Assembly: GCF_009914755.1 (NCBI RefSeq)
Contig: NC_060940.1
DNA: 64,000 bases
DNA from: the human T2T-CHM13v2.0 reference genome, Homo sapiens
Strand: one strand, 5' to 3'
The position numbers and the translations under genes were made by a program. Of the stretch, positions 59,770 through 64,000 are shown in pieces. Every line of letters begins with the position of its first letter. Position 1 is the stretch's first letter. Under the pieces are notes generated by a model that was not told the origin of the DNA, ran no database searches, and worked only from the letters and a program-made list of their open reading frames with translations.

Positions 59770-60384
59770 TTAGATGCTATATATGCACTTAACCAGGTAA
59801 TATAAGGTTGTTTAATAGTGGAACAAAGAGGTAATTAAGTCCCTTCTTAAAGGAAAAACCTGAGACCTATTTATTTATTCATTCAATGAATCATGACTAG
59901 TTATGAAAAGCAAGAGAAATACCGGGAGCTTTGACTCTGACCCTTCCTGATCTTTCTTAAGCATTAAAAGTCTTCAATACAAGGAGGTTGGGGAAAGGAA
60001 AGAGTCAAAGCCCAACCCTGAGCCTTATTCCCTTCCCCAAAGTAGGAAGAAACCAGTAGAATAGAGTATTGGATGAGCCTAGACAACCTCACCCCAGTGA
60101 AACGTGGAATGAGAGAAGTCAGGAATTGGAAACAAAGATGCAGCACTTCTTCTGCCTCATTTAGTCATCCTCACTCTACACATGACCACCAGGAATGTCA
60201 AATGACAGTTTCCCTGAATATTTTTCATGTGACAATTGGCCTTGTAACAATAAACAAAGTGGCAAAAATAAAATAATTGGTTTTAAACTACTGCTTAATT
60301 GCATTCATTTATTAGCTTTACTTGTCTTCTTTGTCTAGTCATCACACGGCCTCCAAATTTGTTAGAGTAATAATAACTTATGAT

Positions 60385-60861
<477 letters not shown>

Positions 60862-61116
60862 CACATCATGCTTTTAAGCTGTGCGGTCTCCTTATTCCCA
60901 TGTTGCTTTGTTAACTGACTATAAAATTTTATGGAATCACGTCACTAGCACCCATCTTAGTATACTCAGTCATCCTGTGTTACACTCATGCAGCCTGACC
61001 TTCTGCGAAGAAATGAAATATGGGAGGGAGTGTTCAAAAAGAACCATAGACAGTAGTAGGTAGGAGCTAAACATGGGTGTCAAGTAGATCTAAAATCAAA
61101 TTATGATTGTGACTCT

Positions 61117-61409
<293 letters not shown>

Positions 61410-61849
61410 CACATCACACTTTTAAGCTGTGTGGTCTACTTATTCCCATGTTGCTTTGTTAACTGAGTTTAAAATTTTATGGAATCACATCACCAGCGTC
61501 CGTCTTAGTATACTCAGTCCTCCTGTGTCACACTCATGCAGCCTGACCTTCTGCAAAAAAATTAAACATGGGAGGGAGTGTTCAAAAAGAACCACAGAGG
61601 GTAGTAGGTAGGAGCTAAGCATGGGTGTCCAGCAGATCTAAAATCAAATTATAATTGTAACTCTTGGCAGTAGACGAGTTAGTTTACATCTCTCAGCCTT
61701 AGGATTTTACCTGTAAAATGGAGCAAAAACAGTGCCTGCTTCATGGCAGTGTCATGAAGATAAATATGCTAAGCACAGAAACAACTGCATATGCTATTTA
61801 CAAGATCTCCCAGGCAGGCACTGTATTGACAACATTACAGCAACTGGAA

Positions 61850-62075
61850 GTGGTAGCAAAACTATCAGCAGTAGCATCACTAGTAGTAGTCCTAGTGACA
61901 ACAGCAGCAACAATAATAGCAGTAGCATTAAGTAGTAATAATATAATAGTAGTAGTAGCCGTTTTGTAGCAGCAATAGTAATAGTAGTAATAGTAAAGTA
62001 GTAATAGGCATCATCGTCCTAGTCATTCTCACAGTATTTATTAGTATTGGTAGCAATAATAGTAGTAGTAATAGA
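61850..62075. repeat. Degenerate (TAG/CAG/TAA)n low-complexity tract
   Basis: AGTAGCAGTAGTAATAGT-type triplet decay. Confidence 0.85.
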
Positions 62076-62156
62076 AGGTATCTTTGGCTAAGAGTTCATG
62101 ATCTCTTAAGTGACATAGAAACAAAGAAGACGAATGTCCATTAAGAAATAGTTGCA

Positions 62157-62475
62157 GGCCAAGTGTGGCAGCTCATGCCTGTAATCCCACCACTTTTGGA
62201 GGCCGAGGCAGGCAGATCACTTGAGACCAGGAGTTTGAGACCAGCCTGGCCAACATGGCAAAACCCCGTCTCTAGTAAATACACAAAAATTAGCTAGGCA
62301 TGGTGGCATGCACCTGTAATTCCAGCTACTCGGGAGGCTGAGGCTGAAGAATCACTTGAACCCAGGAGGCAGAGGTTGCAGTGAGTGGAGACTGTGCCAC
62401 TGCACTCCAGCACCTGGGTGACAGAGTGAGACTCCGTTTCAAAAAAAAAAAAGAAAAAAGAAAAAAAAGAGAGAG
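62157..62475 (+). mobile_element. AluS
   Basis: Alu consensus; TSD AGAAATAGTTGCA / AGAAACATTTGCA. Confidence 0.95.
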
Positions 62476-62606
62476 AGAAACATTTGCAAAGGCCAAACAG
62501 AGTTAACAGTTTCTCTAGCTTTGATGGGTATAAAGTTACCTTTGAGGACACCTGATTATAACAGATTTCAGTAGTAGAAAAACATATATTTTACTTCAAT
62601 AATCAG

Positions 62607-62773
62607 AAGATACTAATGAACAAAGGAAGTCCCACACAATCACTGGCTTCTATTCCACGGCAGTTAGAACCAGTGGCAGTGAAAGACAATGGTACATTGC
62701 ACGTCAGCTCCAGACACCTAGACGTCTTCTCTGTACTGCTGATGGGAGTAGCAACCATACAATCATAACCAAG
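62607..62773 (+). other. Candidate 167-nt exon (unverified)
   Basis: Strong donor AAG|GTAGGT; modest acceptor TTTTACTTCAATAATCAG; one frame open throughout. Confidence 0.22.
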
Positions 62774-63152
62774 GTAGGTAAAAATCATTGCTTCAAACTC
62801 CATTTTTTCCTTTAGTTTCCTCTCGACTAATTTCTGAAAGCAAGTGGGGCCAAATAAACTTTCTGTATAGAGAAGAAAATGCAAAATGAATTTCAATTTC
62901 CTGAGTGCCTACGAAACATCTTACCCCATGCTGCGTTTGGTAACCTCATTTGATCATTGCTTATGACTGCGGAAGGAATAAGGGAACCAGGGCCCAAAGA
63001 AGTCAAGCAAGACAGACACCATGAGAAACGGGAAACAAGCCTGTCTGAGTTCATATCTTAATGTCTTTCTCACTAATCTATGCTGCTTTCTGAAACTATA
63101 CTTCGGAAAGCCGTTTGCCATTAAAAATAAGGACATGTCTATTAAGTCACAT

Positions 63153-63513
63153 TGTCTTAGTCAGCTTGGACTACTATAACACCATAGACCAGGTGGCCTA
63201 TAAGTGACAGAAACTTATTTTATACAATCCTGGAGGCTGAAAGCCCAAGATCAGAGTGCCAGCATTGGACAGGCTCTAGCGAAGGCCCTTTCCTGGGCTG
63301 CAGACCACTGACTTCTTGCTGTGTCCTCCCATGGTAGAAGCTGCAAACAAGCTCCCTTGAGCCTATTTTATAAGAAAGTTAATCTCATTCACAATAGTTC
63401 TGCCCTCATGACCTAATTATCTCCCAAAAGGCCCCACCTTCTATTACTATCACATTAGTGATTAGATTGCAACATATGAATTTTGAGGGCATGCAAATAT
63501 TCAGACCAGCATA
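63153..63513 (-). mobile_element. MLT1A-type solo LTR
   Basis: TGTCTTAGTCAGCTTGGACTACTATAAC start; perfect 5-bp TSD CACAT at 63148 and 63514. Confidence 0.92.
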
Positions 63514-63613
63514 CACATGTAACTTCGAATTTAAATTGCAATCAGCATTGTAGCTATGAGTGCCCAGTCATATATTCTCATCGCTAAAGTGCTCACTGGG
63601 TTCTGCCTTAGGA

Positions 63614-63930
63614 TTTTTTTTGTTTTGTTTTTTTGTTTGTTTGTTTTGAGATGGGGTCCAGATCTGTCCCCCAGGCTGTAGTGCAGTGGCACGATCTTGG
63701 CTCACTGCAACCTTCGCCTTCCTGGGTTCAAGCAATTCTCCTGCCTCAGCCTCCTGAGTAGCTGTGATTACAGGTGTGCGCCACCGTGCCTGGCTAATTT
63801 TTGTATTTTTAGTAGAGAAGAGGTTTCACAATGTTGGCCAGGCTGGTCTTGAGCTCCTGATCTCCACTGATCCACCTGCCTCGGCCTCTCAAAGTGTTGG
63901 GATTACAGGCGTGAGCCACTGTGCCTGGTC
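63614..63930 (-). mobile_element. AluS
   Basis: Alu consensus; TSD TGCCT(T/C)AGGA at 63604 and 63931. Confidence 0.95.
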
Positions 63931-64000
63931 TGCCTCAGGACCTCCTTCAGCTGCTGAAGCCCAATTTACCTGCCCATCTGTAAGTGCAGGAAGTCAGAAG

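Noticed and set aside
61718-61969. Hydrophobic and Ser/Asn-rich ORFs
   Set aside because: Translation artefacts of the degenerate triplet repeat

Overview
Primate, almost certainly human, non-coding genomic DNA (intron or intergenic). It is AT-rich with no CpG island. The window is dominated by interspersed repeats: about 23 Alu-family copies, several L1PA and L1M fragments including a three-tier nested L1, L2, CR1/L3, many MIRs, MaLR/ERVL solo LTRs, hAT MITEs and microsatellites. I recognise no host protein-coding exon, RNA gene or CRISPR array. The supplied ORFs are translations of Alu/L1 remnants or chance ORFs. The clearest non-routine structures are an old 548-bp tandem duplication of an Alu plus unique flank (60.6-61.7 kb), the nested L1 with an unusual deletion (46.2-49.9 kb) and a near-perfect 62-bp triplication (13.5 kb). 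There are also several + strand exon-like segments with canonical splice signals, one between inverted Alus, that could belong to an unrecognised non-coding transcript. I found no convincing novel biological system. Subfamily calls come from remembered consensus motifs, and boundaries without TSD support are approximate.
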